Positions 26,417 to 36,667 are shown, counted from the stretch's first letter. The stretch is 64,000 nucleotides of DNA from an uncultured Candidatus Saccharibacteria bacterium (GCA_964453655.1 CAYVSP010000001.1:645-64644); one strand, 5' to 3'. A program made the numbers and translations. The notes: generated by a model from the letters alone, not told the origin.

Positions 26417-26881
26417 TTATTTCTTATCCTTCTTCTTGGTTGCAGCCGGGTTGCTCTTATCTTGTTGTTTCAAAACAGTGCCCAGAACGCCATTAACAAA
26501 TTTGGAACTATTATCGCCGCCGAATGCTTTGGCGAGCTCGACCGCCTCATTGATTACTACCTTGGGTGGTACTGCTGCTTCATAAAGCAGCTCGTAGAGT
26601 CCAATCCGCAGTATTACACGATCCATTCGTGCAATTTGTGCAATCGGCCACTGAGGAGCGGCTGGTTGTAAAATTGCATCGAGTTTGGCCTGTTGCTTGT
26701 TTACGCCGTGTACAAGGTCTTTCGTGAAGGCCACGTCATTGAGGGCTCGTTCATAGCGGTTGATATTGCGCTCCAGCGCCTCATCCAGTTTAAAGCGCTT
26801 GTCGCCACAATTTACACGGAAGTCCTGCTCATACAACGTTTGCAGGGCGACGATGCGACCAAGATGACGGTTTGCGCTCAT
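26417..26881 (-). CDS. nusB: Transcription antitermination factor NusB, with a Lys-rich tail.
   Basis: [13 protein letters not shown]...LDRIAHAE-like motifs and NusB size. Confidence 0.8.
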   Translation of the reverse strand: MSANRHLGRIVALQTLYEQDFRVNCGDKRFKLDEALERNINRYERALNDVAFTKDLVHGVNKQQAKLDAILQPAAPQWPIAQIARMDRVILRIGLYELLYEAAVPPKVVINEAVELAKAFGGDNSSKFVNGVLGTVLKQQDKSNPAATKKKDKK

Positions 26882-26932
26882 AATTGTTAAATATCCCTTT
26901 GGGACTGTTCAGTCCGGCAGTTGACTGCCTGC

Positions 26933-27079
26933 TTATTTAGTTGTTTTTGCTGATTCCCGGCGAGTCGTAAAAACTTTAACGGGTGATTTTGCGTTTACGC
27001 GGCGCGCTAGCTCCAATACCTGATGACTGCGGCGTGCGCCAGTACGGCGATGGCTGGTGCGCTTTTTGGGTTTCCCCAT
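26933..27079 (-). CDS. rpmF: 50S ribosomal protein L32.
   Basis: Reverse-strand 48-aa ORF MGKPKKRTSHRRTGARRSHQVLE... with the L32 K+RTS+xRRxxRRSH signature. An AGGAGTGG ribosome-binding site lies 6 nt upstream. It is absent from the ORF track because it is under 60 aa. Confidence 0.65.
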   Translation of the reverse strand: MGKPKKRTSHRRTGARRSHQVLELARRVNAKSPVKVFTTRRESAKTTK

Positions 27080-27208
27080 GTGCAACCACTCCTTTCAAAT
27101 TAACAGATAATACTTACCGATAGCTTAGCGGAATACACGCTAAAACTCAAGCATGTTTGCCTAACAATACTTGACAAATCTAACGTATGTGTTTAAAATA
27201 ATCTTCCT

Positions 27209-27604
27209 ATGTTTAGCAGAGGTGCAGACCGTGAGCCTTCATATAACCCCAACAGACGCCGGGCAGTAGCAAGTGTTTTTGCGGCTGTCTTAAGTTTAGG
27301 GACACTATTAGCTGCCTGTAGCAATGATAAACCCGACACATTCATGATAGGCGATCGCTGTTACGCTTCTGGATTTTTACCTCCTAAAGATTTTACCGGT
27401 CTAACGGCCGATCAAATACGCGTAACAGTTGATCCGCTAAGACAATGTGATGCTAAAGCATTCTTTGAAGATACAGCTGAAAAAAACGGCGGAATCATCT
27501 GGGGCAATACCGCTCAACGACCCGGCCCTCTTACCCTTGCTCTTCCCGATGTTAATTACATCGAGGGACCAATACCAACTGGTCCAACACCTTTAAACTC
27601 CTGA
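27209..27604 (+). CDS. Putative lipoprotein/secreted protein.
   Basis: Signal peptide with an LLAACS lipobox-like cysteine. Confidence 0.4.
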   Translation: MFSRGADREPSYNPNRRRAVASVFAAVLSLGTLLAACSNDKPDTFMIGDRCYASGFLPPKDFTGLTADQIRVTVDPLRQCDAKAFFEDTAEKNGGIIWGNTAQRPGPLTLALPDVNYIEGPIPTGPTPLNS

Positions 27605-27614
27605 TTAATAATCA

Positions 27615-30107
27615 TTAAACTACAAAATTAACGAGCTTATTGGGCACTAGTATTGTTTTGTGTATCTTTTGGCCTTTTAGGTAACCGGCTACTTTTTTAT
27701 CAGCCCGCGCTGCTTTTACGACTTGTTCTTCTGAGCTGTCGTTTGCCACCGCTATATTAGCCCGAACTTTGCCGTTTACCTGGACGACAATATTAACAGT
27801 GTCTGTGGAGATATAAGCAACATCCCACTTTGGCCAATGGCCAACATGAACGCTATCCTCATGCCCTAATTGATGCCAAAGCTCCTCGGCAATAAACGGT
27901 GCAAATGGGGCAATTAACATGACTAAACTTTCTAAAGTTAACTGCCAGCTTTTATGATCAGAAAAGCCATCGGTTTTTAGCTTGTATAGCTCATTTGTGC
28001 ATTGCATGGCAGCCGCGATGGCCGTGTTGTATTTGAGCGCTTCAATATCCTTAGTAACTTTTTTAATACATTGGTTTATAGCTCTGAGCGCTCTTTCTGG
28101 CTTTGTTGCATTGTTCGATTTACTAGCCTTAAACTCCTCAACCAGATTCCAGATACGTGATAAAAAGCGAAATGTACCAGGTACTCCTTGTGGGTCCCAG
28201 CGCGCCCCAATTTCAAGCGGTGCAGCAAACATCAAATAGGTTCTTAGTGCATCAGCCCCGTATCCCTGATCAATAATTTCTAGTGGATCAATGCCGTTGC
28301 CTTTGGATTTTGAAAAGGCGCTGCCGTCACTTGCGCTAACCTTGCCATTAAATAAAAACTGCTTGAACGGTTCGGGGTTCTGAATTAAGCCCTTTTTATG
28401 AAAGAAACGAGTCACAAAACGAGCATAGATCATATGAGCTGTAGCGTGGTCAGCACCATTATAAAAGTCAATCGGCATCCATTTGTTTACAACACTCGAG
28501 GCGAATGCTTTTTGATCATTTTTGGGGTCAAAATAGCGTAGCATATACCAACTACTGCAGATATAGGTATCCAGTGTATCGGTTTCGCGCTCGCCGGCCT
28601 TGCCACACTTAGGGCATGGCGCTTTTAGCCAACTACTAGCCCGGGCTAGAGCACTGCGACCATCTCCGGTTGGCGCATATTTACTGATTTCCGGTAATAC
28701 CACTGGCAGATCCTTATCAGCCACTAGCACTGGACCATGATCGGGGCAATGAATAATTGGAATTGGTGCGCCCCAATAGCGTTGACGGCTGACACTCCAG
28801 TCTCTCATACGATAGGTAGTTACTTTTTTACCCATAGCGTGTTTCTCCATGTAATCCATCATTTTTTTGGTGGCTTCATGTATATCCAGACCATTCAAAA
28901 AGTCAGAATTGGTCATCACACCTGTCTCTTCTTGAACTTGTGATTTGTCAGTAATCGGAGAATCTTCTCCATTCGGACCAACAACTACTCGGACTATTGG
29001 TAGGCCGAATTCTTCGGCAAACTCAAAGTCACGCACATCATGACCAGGCACACCCACTACTGCGCCCGTACCAAAGCCAGATAGTACAAAATCTGCTACC
29101 CAAATGGGAAGCCTTTCGCTATTGAGTTTATTTACCACATATAAACCAGTGAATACACCAGTTTTCTGGCGGCCCTCTTGTTGCCGCTCAACTTCAGACT
29201 TAGTAAGAGCTTTATTAATGTAGGTACTAACTTTTTGTGAAGTATCTTCGCCATCGTCTGAAACAATTTTCTTGTCAGCAACTTGGCGAGCCAGCTCGTG
29301 TTCGGGGGACAGCACAATAAAGGTAGCTCCGAAATTGGTATCTGGCCGGGTGGTAAAACAAGTGACAGCCAGCGGTTGGCCGGCGTTATCAACATCATAG
29401 GTTATATTGATGCCATGTTTGCGACCGATCCAGTCTTTTTGAGCCAGCTTAACGCTTTCGGTCCAGTCAAGATCATCAATTGCTTCTAACAGTTCATCGG
29501 CATAATCTGTAATCTTAAAAAACCACTGCTTGACTTCTTTTTTCTCGACAAATGGATCGTTTGGCCCATCATGCCGCCAGCATTTACCATCAATGACTTG
29601 TTCGTTCGCAAGTACCGTATTGTCAATTGAGCACCACCATTGCATTCTGGAATCCTGGTAAGCCAGCCCTGCACGATACATTTCACTAAAAATCCACTGT
29701 GTCCACTTGTAATATTCGGGTTCATGGGTAGCAATTTCTTTGCTCCAGTCATTACTCCAACCCATAGCTTTGTACTGTTTGTGATAATTCGGAATAATTG
29801 TCGTCATCGACTCTTGTGGAGATACTCCGACCTTGATAGCGTAATTTTCGGCAGGCAAGCCAAACGCATCCCATCCGACTGGATGATAGCTTTCGTGCCC
29901 CTGCTGCCGCTTAAAGCGTGCCAGTACATCACTTATGGTGTAGTTCATAGCATGTCCAATATGTATACCGGCCCCGCTAGGGTAGTTGAACATACTCATG
30001 GCAATATACTTGGGCTTTTTACTGCTCAGATCAGCTTTGTAGGTTTGCTTTTCGTCCCAGTGCTTTCGCCATTTGGGCTCGATTTCCTTAGGATTATATC
30101 GCTTCAT
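27615..30107 (-). CDS. leuS: Leucyl-tRNA synthetase.
   Basis: HIGHAMNYT HIGH motif, KMSKS-region equivalents, and 830 aa with an editing domain. Confidence 0.9.
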   Translation of the reverse strand: MKRYNPKEIEPKWRKHWDEKQTYKADLSSKKPKYIAMSMFNYPSGAGIHIGHAMNYTISDVLARFKRQQGHESYHPVGWDAFGLPAENYAIKVGVSPQESMTTIIPNYHKQYKAMGWSNDWSKEIATHEPEYYKWTQWIFSEMYRAGLAYQDSRMQWWCSIDNTVLANEQVIDGKCWRHDGPNDPFVEKKEVKQWFFKITDYADELLEAIDDLDWTESVKLAQKDWIGRKHGINITYDVDNAGQPLAVTCFTTRPDTNFGATFIVLSPEHELARQVADKKIVSDDGEDTSQKVSTYINKALTKSEVERQQEGRQKTGVFTGLYVVNKLNSERLPIWVADFVLSGFGTGAVVGVPGHDVRDFEFAEEFGLPIVRVVVGPNGEDSPITDKSQVQEETGVMTNSDFLNGLDIHEATKKMMDYMEKHAMGKKVTTYRMRDWSVSRQRYWGAPIPIIHCPDHGPVLVADKDLPVVLPEISKYAPTGDGRSALARASSWLKAPCPKCGKAGERETDTLDTYICSSWYMLRYFDPKNDQKAFASSVVNKWMPIDFYNGADHATAHMIYARFVTRFFHKKGLIQNPEPFKQFLFNGKVSASDGSAFSKSKGNGIDPLEIIDQGYGADALRTYLMFAAPLEIGARWDPQGVPGTFRFLSRIWNLVEEFKASKSNNATKPERALRAINQCIKKVTKDIEALKYNTAIAAAMQCTNELYKLKTDGFSDHKSWQLTLESLVMLIAPFAPFIAEELWHQLGHEDSVHVGHWPKWDVAYISTDTVNIVVQVNGKVRANIAVANDSSEEQVVKAARADKKVAGYLKGQKIHKTILVPNKLVNFVV

Positions 30108-30147
30108 ATGCAGCTTTCACCTTAGCATAACAGAGGTGAAGCAGCAA

Positions 30148-30948
30148 CTATTGGGCTGGGTGGCCGAAGTATTCACCTTGGGCATCAGCTGGTAACTGTA
30201 ACAGCTCGCTAACTGTCACCAAATTATATTTGGCTTTTAAGTCTTGAACAATCTGATGGGCAGCTGCAGCCGTGGTTGGCTTTGAATCATGCATGATGAT
30301 AATAGCCCCCGGCCGGGCCTGCGCTTCCACCACACTAACCAAATTTGCCGGGTTGTTTTCATGCCAATCTTTAGGGTCAACGTTCCATAAAATTATAGGC
30401 ATATGGATAGTATTAAGCATGGTTGGTGTTGCACTTCCATATGGCAGACGGAAAACACGTGGCGCTGGCACACCCGTTGAGACAATAATATCTTGAGTCT
30501 TATTGAGCTGATCCTGCATTTGTACTGGCGTCAATTTAGCAAAGTTTGGATGGCTCCAACTATGATTACCAACCTCGTTGCCTAAGGCGTGCTCCCGTTG
30601 CACAATCGATTCATGACCAGGCACGTGGTTACCAATAACAAAGAAGGTGGCTTTAGCATTTTCACTTTCTAAGGCATCTAGTATTCGCGGCGTTGTTGCT
30701 GGCTCTGGTCCATCGTCAAATGTTAGTGCCACACAGGCATCTTTATTGCAATCTACTGGCTTGGGAGGTTGCTTAACCACCATGTTCATAGCGACCGATT
30801 CCAGCGAAGAAGCATATACTTTTGTTGAGATTTGTTGAGATTGCCCTTTTTGGGCCAATACCATAGCGACGCCCAGTGTTGCCGCAATTATAACTCCATT
30901 TACTCGTGAAGACACGAGGCGGCGCCCAAACTCTCGCACTCGTTTCAT
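30148..30948 (-). CDS. Polysaccharide deacetylase (NodB-homology, CE4) with an N-terminal membrane anchor.
   Basis: ALTFDDGP, HSWSHP and the metal-binding His motifs of the CE4 family. Confidence 0.8.
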   Translation of the reverse strand: MKRVREFGRRLVSSRVNGVIIAATLGVAMVLAQKGQSQQISTKVYASSLESVAMNMVVKQPPKPVDCNKDACVALTFDDGPEPATTPRILDALESENAKATFFVIGNHVPGHESIVQREHALGNEVGNHSWSHPNFAKLTPVQMQDQLNKTQDIIVSTGVPAPRVFRLPYGSATPTMLNTIHMPIILWNVDPKDWHENNPANLVSVVEAQARPGAIIIMHDSKPTTAAAAHQIVQDLKAKYNLVTVSELLQLPADAQGEYFGHPAQ

Positions 30949-30987
30949 GGGTAGTCACAGTGTACTCTGGCGGTGAACAATTTTCTA

Positions 30988-32013
30988 CTATAATTTGCGG
31001 GCTTTTCGGCGGGCCGTTTCAAATAAAAAGGTCAGCGGATACCGCATTTTGTCAATAACTAAATCATGAGCTGGCAAATAAGCCACGTCCTCGCCGCCAA
31101 AACCGCGCTTAAAGACAGAGACTCCATAAAATCGATGTTTGGTTTGACCGTGCTCTGTTACACCCCAAAGGTTATAACGTATGCAACCACGGCGCCGTGC
31201 CTCGGTAATCACCTCCCACTGAATGGCATAGGCACCCGGATACTGTCGCGCCAGATCTGTGCTTGCCCCATAGTGGTAAGCTGCTTCGGATCCATAGAAA
31301 ATTATAAAAGCCATAGACAAAAGCTTGCCTTTGAAGGTAGCCCGGTACATGAGCACTTTATCGGCAGCTGCAAAAACCCTAAACTGTTCGCTTAAAAAGC
31401 GCTTTGAAAAAGGTACAAACTTCTGACGCTGCGCTGTTTGTAGTTGCAGGTTATAAAATTCCTCAAGATATGTATCTGCTGCTGTTGCTTCAACCTCTAT
31501 GCCAAGCTTAGCAGCTCGCTTTAGGTCATAGCGTGTACCTTTGCGCATGGCTCGTTTAAGTTCATCATCGCTTTTTGTCAGATCTAGTTGGCTGGTTAAA
31601 TCGGCTGTCACATGCATCGGCGCTTTGCGAAATCCTAGACTTTTAAATAGAGTCTGGTTTTCTTTTGTATTTAGCAGTTGTGGCCGAATCCGCACAAATA
31701 AACAATTATGCTGTTTGGCTATTTCTCTTAGAGTTTTCAGCCAGGTTTGTACTACTTGTTTATTTGACCAATCAAGAATAGGGCCTCCCGGTGCGACCAT
31801 ATGTCGGCCGCGTCGGGCAGGTTCGACTACGCCAAGTAGTACCCCAACCAGCTGTTCCTCTTTATAAAAACCAATTCTAATAACCGGATGATTAAGACGA
31901 TCATGGAACTCGCCCCAATACCAGGAGTGTAGAAAATTAGCTTCAGGGTGCTGGGCCAAAAAGCCTTCCCACTCCGCCTTATCTTCGATTGATTTTACTT
32001 CGACGTTTGCCAT
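30988..32013 (-). CDS. FemAB-family peptidyltransferase (peptidoglycan interpeptide-bridge formation, GNAT-fold).
   Basis: N-terminal WEGFLAQHPEANFLHSWYWGEF and overall FemX/FemAB-like architecture. It overlaps the upstream DegT gene by 19 nt. Confidence 0.6.
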   Translation of the reverse strand: MANVEVKSIEDKAEWEGFLAQHPEANFLHSWYWGEFHDRLNHPVIRIGFYKEEQLVGVLLGVVEPARRGRHMVAPGGPILDWSNKQVVQTWLKTLREIAKQHNCLFVRIRPQLLNTKENQTLFKSLGFRKAPMHVTADLTSQLDLTKSDDELKRAMRKGTRYDLKRAAKLGIEVEATAADTYLEEFYNLQLQTAQRQKFVPFSKRFLSEQFRVFAAADKVLMYRATFKGKLLSMAFIIFYGSEAAYHYGASTDLARQYPGAYAIQWEVITEARRRGCIRYNLWGVTEHGQTKHRFYGVSVFKRGFGGEDVAYLPAHDLVIDKMRYPLTFLFETARRKARKL

Positions 32014-33185
32014 GCATTCACCAAATTTGCTATAAAAGCTGCTTGCTTTTCATTGACGTGTATATGAGTGGGTAAATTGACTATGTGTGCAGCTAACGAC
32101 TCCGCGTTTGGACATTCACCTGCTTGATAGTTGGTTTGCGCTAAATACTGGCTTGGCCCAATTGGCGCATCATACCAAGTATCCCCTATATAAATATGGA
32201 AGCTCTTGAGGTGATCAACCAAGCTTTGTCTATCCTCCACCCAAATAGGAAAACGCAAGTATAGGGTAGAATCCTGGGCAGCCGTTTTGAGCAGCAACAC
32301 CTGAGGCAATGTTTTTTTATAGACTGTACTAATCACTTGACGATGCGTTTGTTCTTTAGCTTGTTTAGCCAACCGTTTTTGCAGCAGTCTAGCGGCGGTA
32401 GGATCAAGAGCACTAATACCTTTCAGGTTATCGCTCATGGGAGTTGCCAATAAATGCATTTTTTTTAGCCCAAAATGTAGGTAACGGCCAAGGCCAATCG
32501 GGTATAAGTTGCGAATTAGAAATGTCCAGAAGGGATAGAAGCGATTAATCCAGCGTTGCCATATGTTTACCGGCCTTAGTGCTTCGGTAACTATGGTTTT
32601 TTTACGCCGGTCTACCAATGCACCACCAGCTACTATATCGAGCGGCTTGTCCTGGCTAAAAGACAGCATAGTCATTGCCCCGACCGTACCGGCTTCGCGT
32701 CCGTCACTATAGTGCCCACTTTGGCTGTGGGCTAAGTCTTCAATGATAGTTATATCGTTTTGCTGACAATAGGCTTCAATTGTCATCATATCGGCCGGAA
32801 CACCCAGAGTGTTTTGAACAATAATCGCTTTAATACCAGGCTGCCGTTTGTGTGCTGCCTGCAACCCAGCAACATCAAAATTGAGCTGCTTAGGGGGCAC
32901 ATCGATAAAAACTGGTTTAAGTCCGGCATTTTGAACCGCCTGGTATACCACGTAACAGGTAAAGCCATTAATGCCAACGAAGGAGCCGGTCGGTAAGTCA
33001 AGATTTTTAAGAGCCAACTCTAGGGCCTGTCTTCCCTTATAGGTCAGTGTCACTTCACCCTCGTAGCGCTTCTTAAGCGTTTGGCGAACAGCATCGGCCG
33101 CTTTTTGACTCTTACCCGTACCAAATAATTTCTGTAAAACATCGCTTAACGTGTAGTTAGATCCCAACGAATTAAATACAGCCAT
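31995..33185 (-). CDS. DegT/DnrJ/EryC1/StrS-family PLP-dependent aminotransferase.
   Basis: DLAHSQSG...SFSQDKPLDIVAGGALV matches the family region SFHxxKxxxxGEGG, which carries the PLP Lys. Confidence 0.7.
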   Translation of the reverse strand: MAVFNSLGSNYTLSDVLQKLFGTGKSQKAADAVRQTLKKRYEGEVTLTYKGRQALELALKNLDLPTGSFVGINGFTCYVVYQAVQNAGLKPVFIDVPPKQLNFDVAGLQAAHKRQPGIKAIIVQNTLGVPADMMTIEAYCQQNDITIIEDLAHSQSGHYSDGREAGTVGAMTMLSFSQDKPLDIVAGGALVDRRKKTIVTEALRPVNIWQRWINRFYPFWTFLIRNLYPIGLGRYLHFGLKKMHLLATPMSDNLKGISALDPTAARLLQKRLAKQAKEQTHRQVISTVYKKTLPQVLLLKTAAQDSTLYLRFPIWVEDRQSLVDHLKSFHIYIGDTWYDAPIGPSQYLAQTNYQAGECPNAESLAAHIVNLPTHIHVNEKQAAFIANLVNAWQTSK

Positions 33186-33868
33186 TAATTAAGTACCTTT
33201 GCAATATAGTCAGCTACTACTTTAGGGTGCGAAAACTGAGGAGCGTGGCGGGCATCATCAATAATGAAAGGCTTCTGGGCATTCGGCAGGCGCCGCTGCA
33301 TGGTGAAAGCATCCTTAACGGGTGTCATAGGGTCTTGGCGGCCCCAAATAATATCAACCGTCGCCTGTACTTTTTCAAGCTTTAAACTGTAATCCGATTT
33401 CAGTAAGTTAATCATGGTAGATCGTCCTATCGGTTCAGCATCCAGATAGTCGCGTGCTTTAGCAATCTTATATAGTAATCGACGGGCCGACTCTGACTTT
33501 GTTAGTGGTTTACCGACTTTGGCAAGTATCTTAAAGGTAGTTCGCTTAAGCTTCGATTTCAATTCAGTCCGTGGGATACCAGCACTATCAATCAGAATAA
33601 GATGGCTCACTCGCTCTGGATAGTGAACTGCAAAATTAAGAGCTAAGCGTCCGCCGTTTGAGTGCCCAATAAGTACTGCGGGTGCCTGGCCAACTTCTTT
33701 GCCCAGCCAAGCCATGTAGTTTTCAATTGACCAGGGCTCGGTTGCTTTTTTGGTTAGAACTGGTATGTCCGGCATGGTTGGCTCGATGCCACGGCGCTTT
33801 AGTTCTTCAATTAGCGGTTTCCACTTTGTGTTATCGTACGCCCAGCCGTGCAAGATTATGGTTTTCAT
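33185..33868 (-). CDS. Alpha/beta hydrolase.
   Basis: GHSNGG nucleophile elbow and HGW N-terminal motif. The start is set at MKTI, giving an ATGA overlap with the upstream Mur-ligase stop. Confidence 0.6.
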   Translation of the reverse strand: MKTIILHGWAYDNTKWKPLIEELKRRGIEPTMPDIPVLTKKATEPWSIENYMAWLGKEVGQAPAVLIGHSNGGRLALNFAVHYPERVSHLILIDSAGIPRTELKSKLKRTTFKILAKVGKPLTKSESARRLLYKIAKARDYLDAEPIGRSTMINLLKSDYSLKLEKVQATVDIIWGRQDPMTPVKDAFTMQRRLPNAQKPFIIDDARHAPQFSHPKVVADYIAKVLN

Positions 33869-35148
33869 CGGGGCAGCCCCCACTGCTGGCGTCGCTTTAC
33901 CCAGTTCGCTTCGCGGCGAACCAGATGTTGAGCATCGCTAGGGTCTTTAAGTAGTTGTTCTATCACTCCCTCTAAGAATCGGCCGCCTTTAAAAAACAGC
34001 GTCTCGCCGCCTTGCAAATTTTTCTCAATAAAATCAAGAACTTCTTTAGGGCTTTCAAAGCTATCTACCGGTGTCGATAATTGCTTTTTTAGAATTGGAT
34101 AAGTGTGCTTGCGGGTACGCGGGCCTAACAAAATTACCCGCTCGGCTTTAATCCGGGCTATCACTTCAGCTAATTTTTCATGTTCTTCAACTTCAACGGT
34201 ACCTTGCTCTAAAATATCACCCAGCACTAGCCACTTTTTCTGAGCCTTATACGTATTAAATAGTTCAAGCAAAGCCGTCATAGCACCCAGGCCAGTATTG
34301 TAGGTACTATCAATAATAGTCGTGTCTTTTTTACCTGCGAAAACACTGCTTCGTCCAGGAGGCATTACTAAGTTTTGATAATTAGAATCGATGCTTTTAT
34401 TTAAATAGCTTGTCAGCGCTTCAACCATTTGGATACTAACGCCTAACTCTTTGGGATGCAGGCCGGGCAATTGGACAGTATGATTGTTAACTATGAAGAT
34501 GGTGTGCCCCTCTTCTAACCTATGTACGCTGACAACTTTATTAGAAATTTCTAAGACTTTTGCGGACGGTTGCACGCGAGAAAGCTGAGGCTTGATAACA
34601 GATTGATCAGCATTAACTACTACCATTTTTTTGGTTTGGGCTATAAAATTGCCGAATTCTTGTGCAATAGCTTCTTCATGTGTTTTAAAACGGCCACCTT
34701 GCACTAGAGCATCAAAATTCATACTGTGCGTACGATAGACACTAACCCAAATAGTTACCTCTGGTTTTAATAGCTCAGCTAAAAAGGCCCCTTCATGCGG
34801 ACGATCATTGTCAGCTTCAACAATATACAATTTTGTAGTTGGAGGCTTTCGCCAGGCTTTGATAGGAGCTAAGAGAATATGGCTCAGCCACTGTTTGCGG
34901 TCCAGGATATTCGTCTCTAGCCCTAAAATATGAAATGGAATTCCTATGGCGCTATTAGCATGATGCGAATAGATAGCTTTATCACCAAGTTGCGCTTCTA
35001 CGAGTTGCAACAAGGTTGTTTTACCTGATGAGCCAGTAATAACAATAATGCGCGGTTTCCAGCGGCGCAGAACAAAGCGCGCCCAAAAAGCAAAATAGCT
35101 CGCAACAACAAAATACAAGCGCTTCTTAAATGCATGAAGCATATACAC
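33865..35148 (-). CDS. Mur ligase family protein with central (P-loop) and C-terminal domains only (MurT/CapB-like architecture, no MurF-type N-domain).
   Basis: IIVITGSSGKTTL P-loop about 35 aa from the N-terminus. The N-terminal hydrophobic stretch is KKRLYFVVASYFAFWARF. 427 aa. Confidence 0.65.
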   Translation of the reverse strand: MYMLHAFKKRLYFVVASYFAFWARFVLRRWKPRIIVITGSSGKTTLLQLVEAQLGDKAIYSHHANSAIGIPFHILGLETNILDRKQWLSHILLAPIKAWRKPPTTKLYIVEADNDRPHEGAFLAELLKPEVTIWVSVYRTHSMNFDALVQGGRFKTHEEAIAQEFGNFIAQTKKMVVVNADQSVIKPQLSRVQPSAKVLEISNKVVSVHRLEEGHTIFIVNNHTVQLPGLHPKELGVSIQMVEALTSYLNKSIDSNYQNLVMPPGRSSVFAGKKDTTIIDSTYNTGLGAMTALLELFNTYKAQKKWLVLGDILEQGTVEVEEHEKLAEVIARIKAERVILLGPRTRKHTYPILKKQLSTPVDSFESPKEVLDFIEKNLQGGETLFFKGGRFLEGVIEQLLKDPSDAQHLVRREANWVKRRQQWGLPR

Positions 35149-35185
35149 TATTTTAGCGTATTCTTCTCTGTTTTTATCAAACTTG

Positions 35186-36667
35186 TTAATGGGCTCTTCG
35201 TTGTGCGGCTAAAAATGGCTGTAATAATGCCTGCATCTGAGAGGGGGTGGGCAGAGTACGGGACAGGCTTGTGCTAAGTGAATAAGTTACTTTCTTTGAG
35301 GCTTCGTTTTCAGAAGATACAATGACTGGACTGACAGCGAACCGCCAAGGCCTGTTAATCATATCGATGGCTGATAATAGCGCACAGCGTTCAAGGTATT
35401 TTCGGGCAGGTTTAATAAATTTAAAAAGCGTATCTATCTCAACTCCGTCCCCCGCTTTCATTACGAACAAGAAGCTTAATATTTCCTGTTCAAGTGGGTT
35501 AAGTTCAAGCTCGTCCCCCCCAAGCTCAAAACGTTTTGAGATAAAGTTATACACCATACTCAAAGACTGTTTAATGATTTCAGGGGATTGTGGTGGTATC
35601 TGTATTTCGGGGCTGTGCTCTTCTACGGCTGCTGTATCCGAACTTTCTTTTCCTGGCGCTGTACTCGGTACTGCAGTAGGTATCTCGTCATCGGCTTCCA
35701 AAAGTGCGCCGTTATCATTATCATGCAGCCCAGTTTCTTCCTTTATGCCTAGGCGTGGTGGGGCTTCTGTTTGCTCAGTACCTTGGCGAACAAAATCGCC
35801 CACGTCTGGCGTATCGATTTTTGTTGTTTTCGGTTGTGCTCTCCGCAAAGCAGTCTTTGTGGTCGCTTCCTCTTCTCCCTGATTTAAGCTAACAGGTGTG
35901 GCTGGTAAAATCCAGGTATAAGTAGACTGCCTACTGCTCCGATCGGTTTCTACCACATCTATCCAATACATCCTGCTGAACAACCTACGCATATCCGAAC
36001 AAAAATTACCAATAGTGGAACTGAAGTTAATCCCCCGCTGATAATCGCCAATATCTTTTGGGCAGTATCCAGCATCCAAAATATCCGCCTTAGTTAAGGG
36101 AACCCCTGGACTATTAACAAATACCGAAAGCAAAAAAAGCTTATGCGGACTCAGGGGGTGCCTTATTCCGTCAACGATGACATGTTTTTCGGCAAATTGT
36201 AATAACTGGACTTGGCTGTCTACCAAAACTTCAAAGGTCGTTCCCACTGGCAGAATTGTTTCACCGTAATCCTCACGCGTTAATCTATCACCGCTGCCTT
36301 TCTTGAAAGCTCTTGTTTGCGCTAAGGATAGATCTACCACTCCTCTTTCGCGTAGCTGACGTACATTCTGGATAACGGATAGTATAGTCCGAGTTGTCTG
36401 GTTCACTAATCCTACATCTTCCTCGAGGGTTGTAAGATCCATATCGCTCACACGCTCAGTCCAACTAGAGGTGTAATGTGCCATAGCGTAAGCTAGGTGA
36501 CGAGCTATAGCCTCAAGACGAGCAGCTTCATCCAATGGACTTTCACCTTTTTCTCCAGCAGGCTGTGTCATAAGTTCCTTTAACAACAAATTAAACCATT
36601 TATTTAATTCTTCTGCAAGCAATGAAAGATGTTTAGGGGGGATATCCTCCAGCGTGAGGGGATTCAC
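35186..36667 (-). CDS. Hypothetical protein with an internal OmpR/PhoB-type winged-helix-like segment, an acidic/Pro-rich linker and a C-terminal helical domain. It has a GTG start.
   Basis: HPLSPHKLFLLSVFVNSPGVPLTKADILDAGY resembles the trans_reg_C wing/recognition helix. No receiver domain. Internal antisense ORFs were rejected. Confidence 0.4.
   Translation of the reverse strand: MNPLTLEDIPPKHLSLLAEELNKWFNLLLKELMTQPAGEKGESPLDEAARLEAIARHLAYAMAHYTSSWTERVSDMDLTTLEEDVGLVNQTTRTILSVIQNVRQLRERGVVDLSLAQTRAFKKGSGDRLTREDYGETILPVGTTFEVLVDSQVQLLQFAEKHVIVDGIRHPLSPHKLFLLSVFVNSPGVPLTKADILDAGYCPKDIGDYQRGINFSSTIGNFCSDMRRLFSRMYWIDVVETDRSSRQSTYTWILPATPVSLNQGEEEATTKTALRRAQPKTTKIDTPDVGDFVRQGTEQTEAPPRLGIKEETGLHDNDNGALLEADDEIPTAVPSTAPGKESSDTAAVEEHSPEIQIPPQSPEIIKQSLSMVYNFISKRFELGGDELELNPLEQEILSFLFVMKAGDGVEIDTLFKFIKPARKYLERCALLSAIDMINRPWRFAVSPVIVSSENEASKKVTYSLSTSLSRTLPTPSQMQALLQPFLAAQRRAH

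Noticed and set aside
33865-35148. Calling the Mur ligase murF.
   Set aside because: The protein lacks the ~80-100-aa N-terminal substrate-binding domain of MurF, because the P-loop begins at residue ~38. I annotated it generically as a Mur ligase family member.
35322-35882. 186-aa + strand ORF.
   Set aside because: It is antisense inside the 35186..36667 gene, has Ser/Ala-rich low complexity and no start context.
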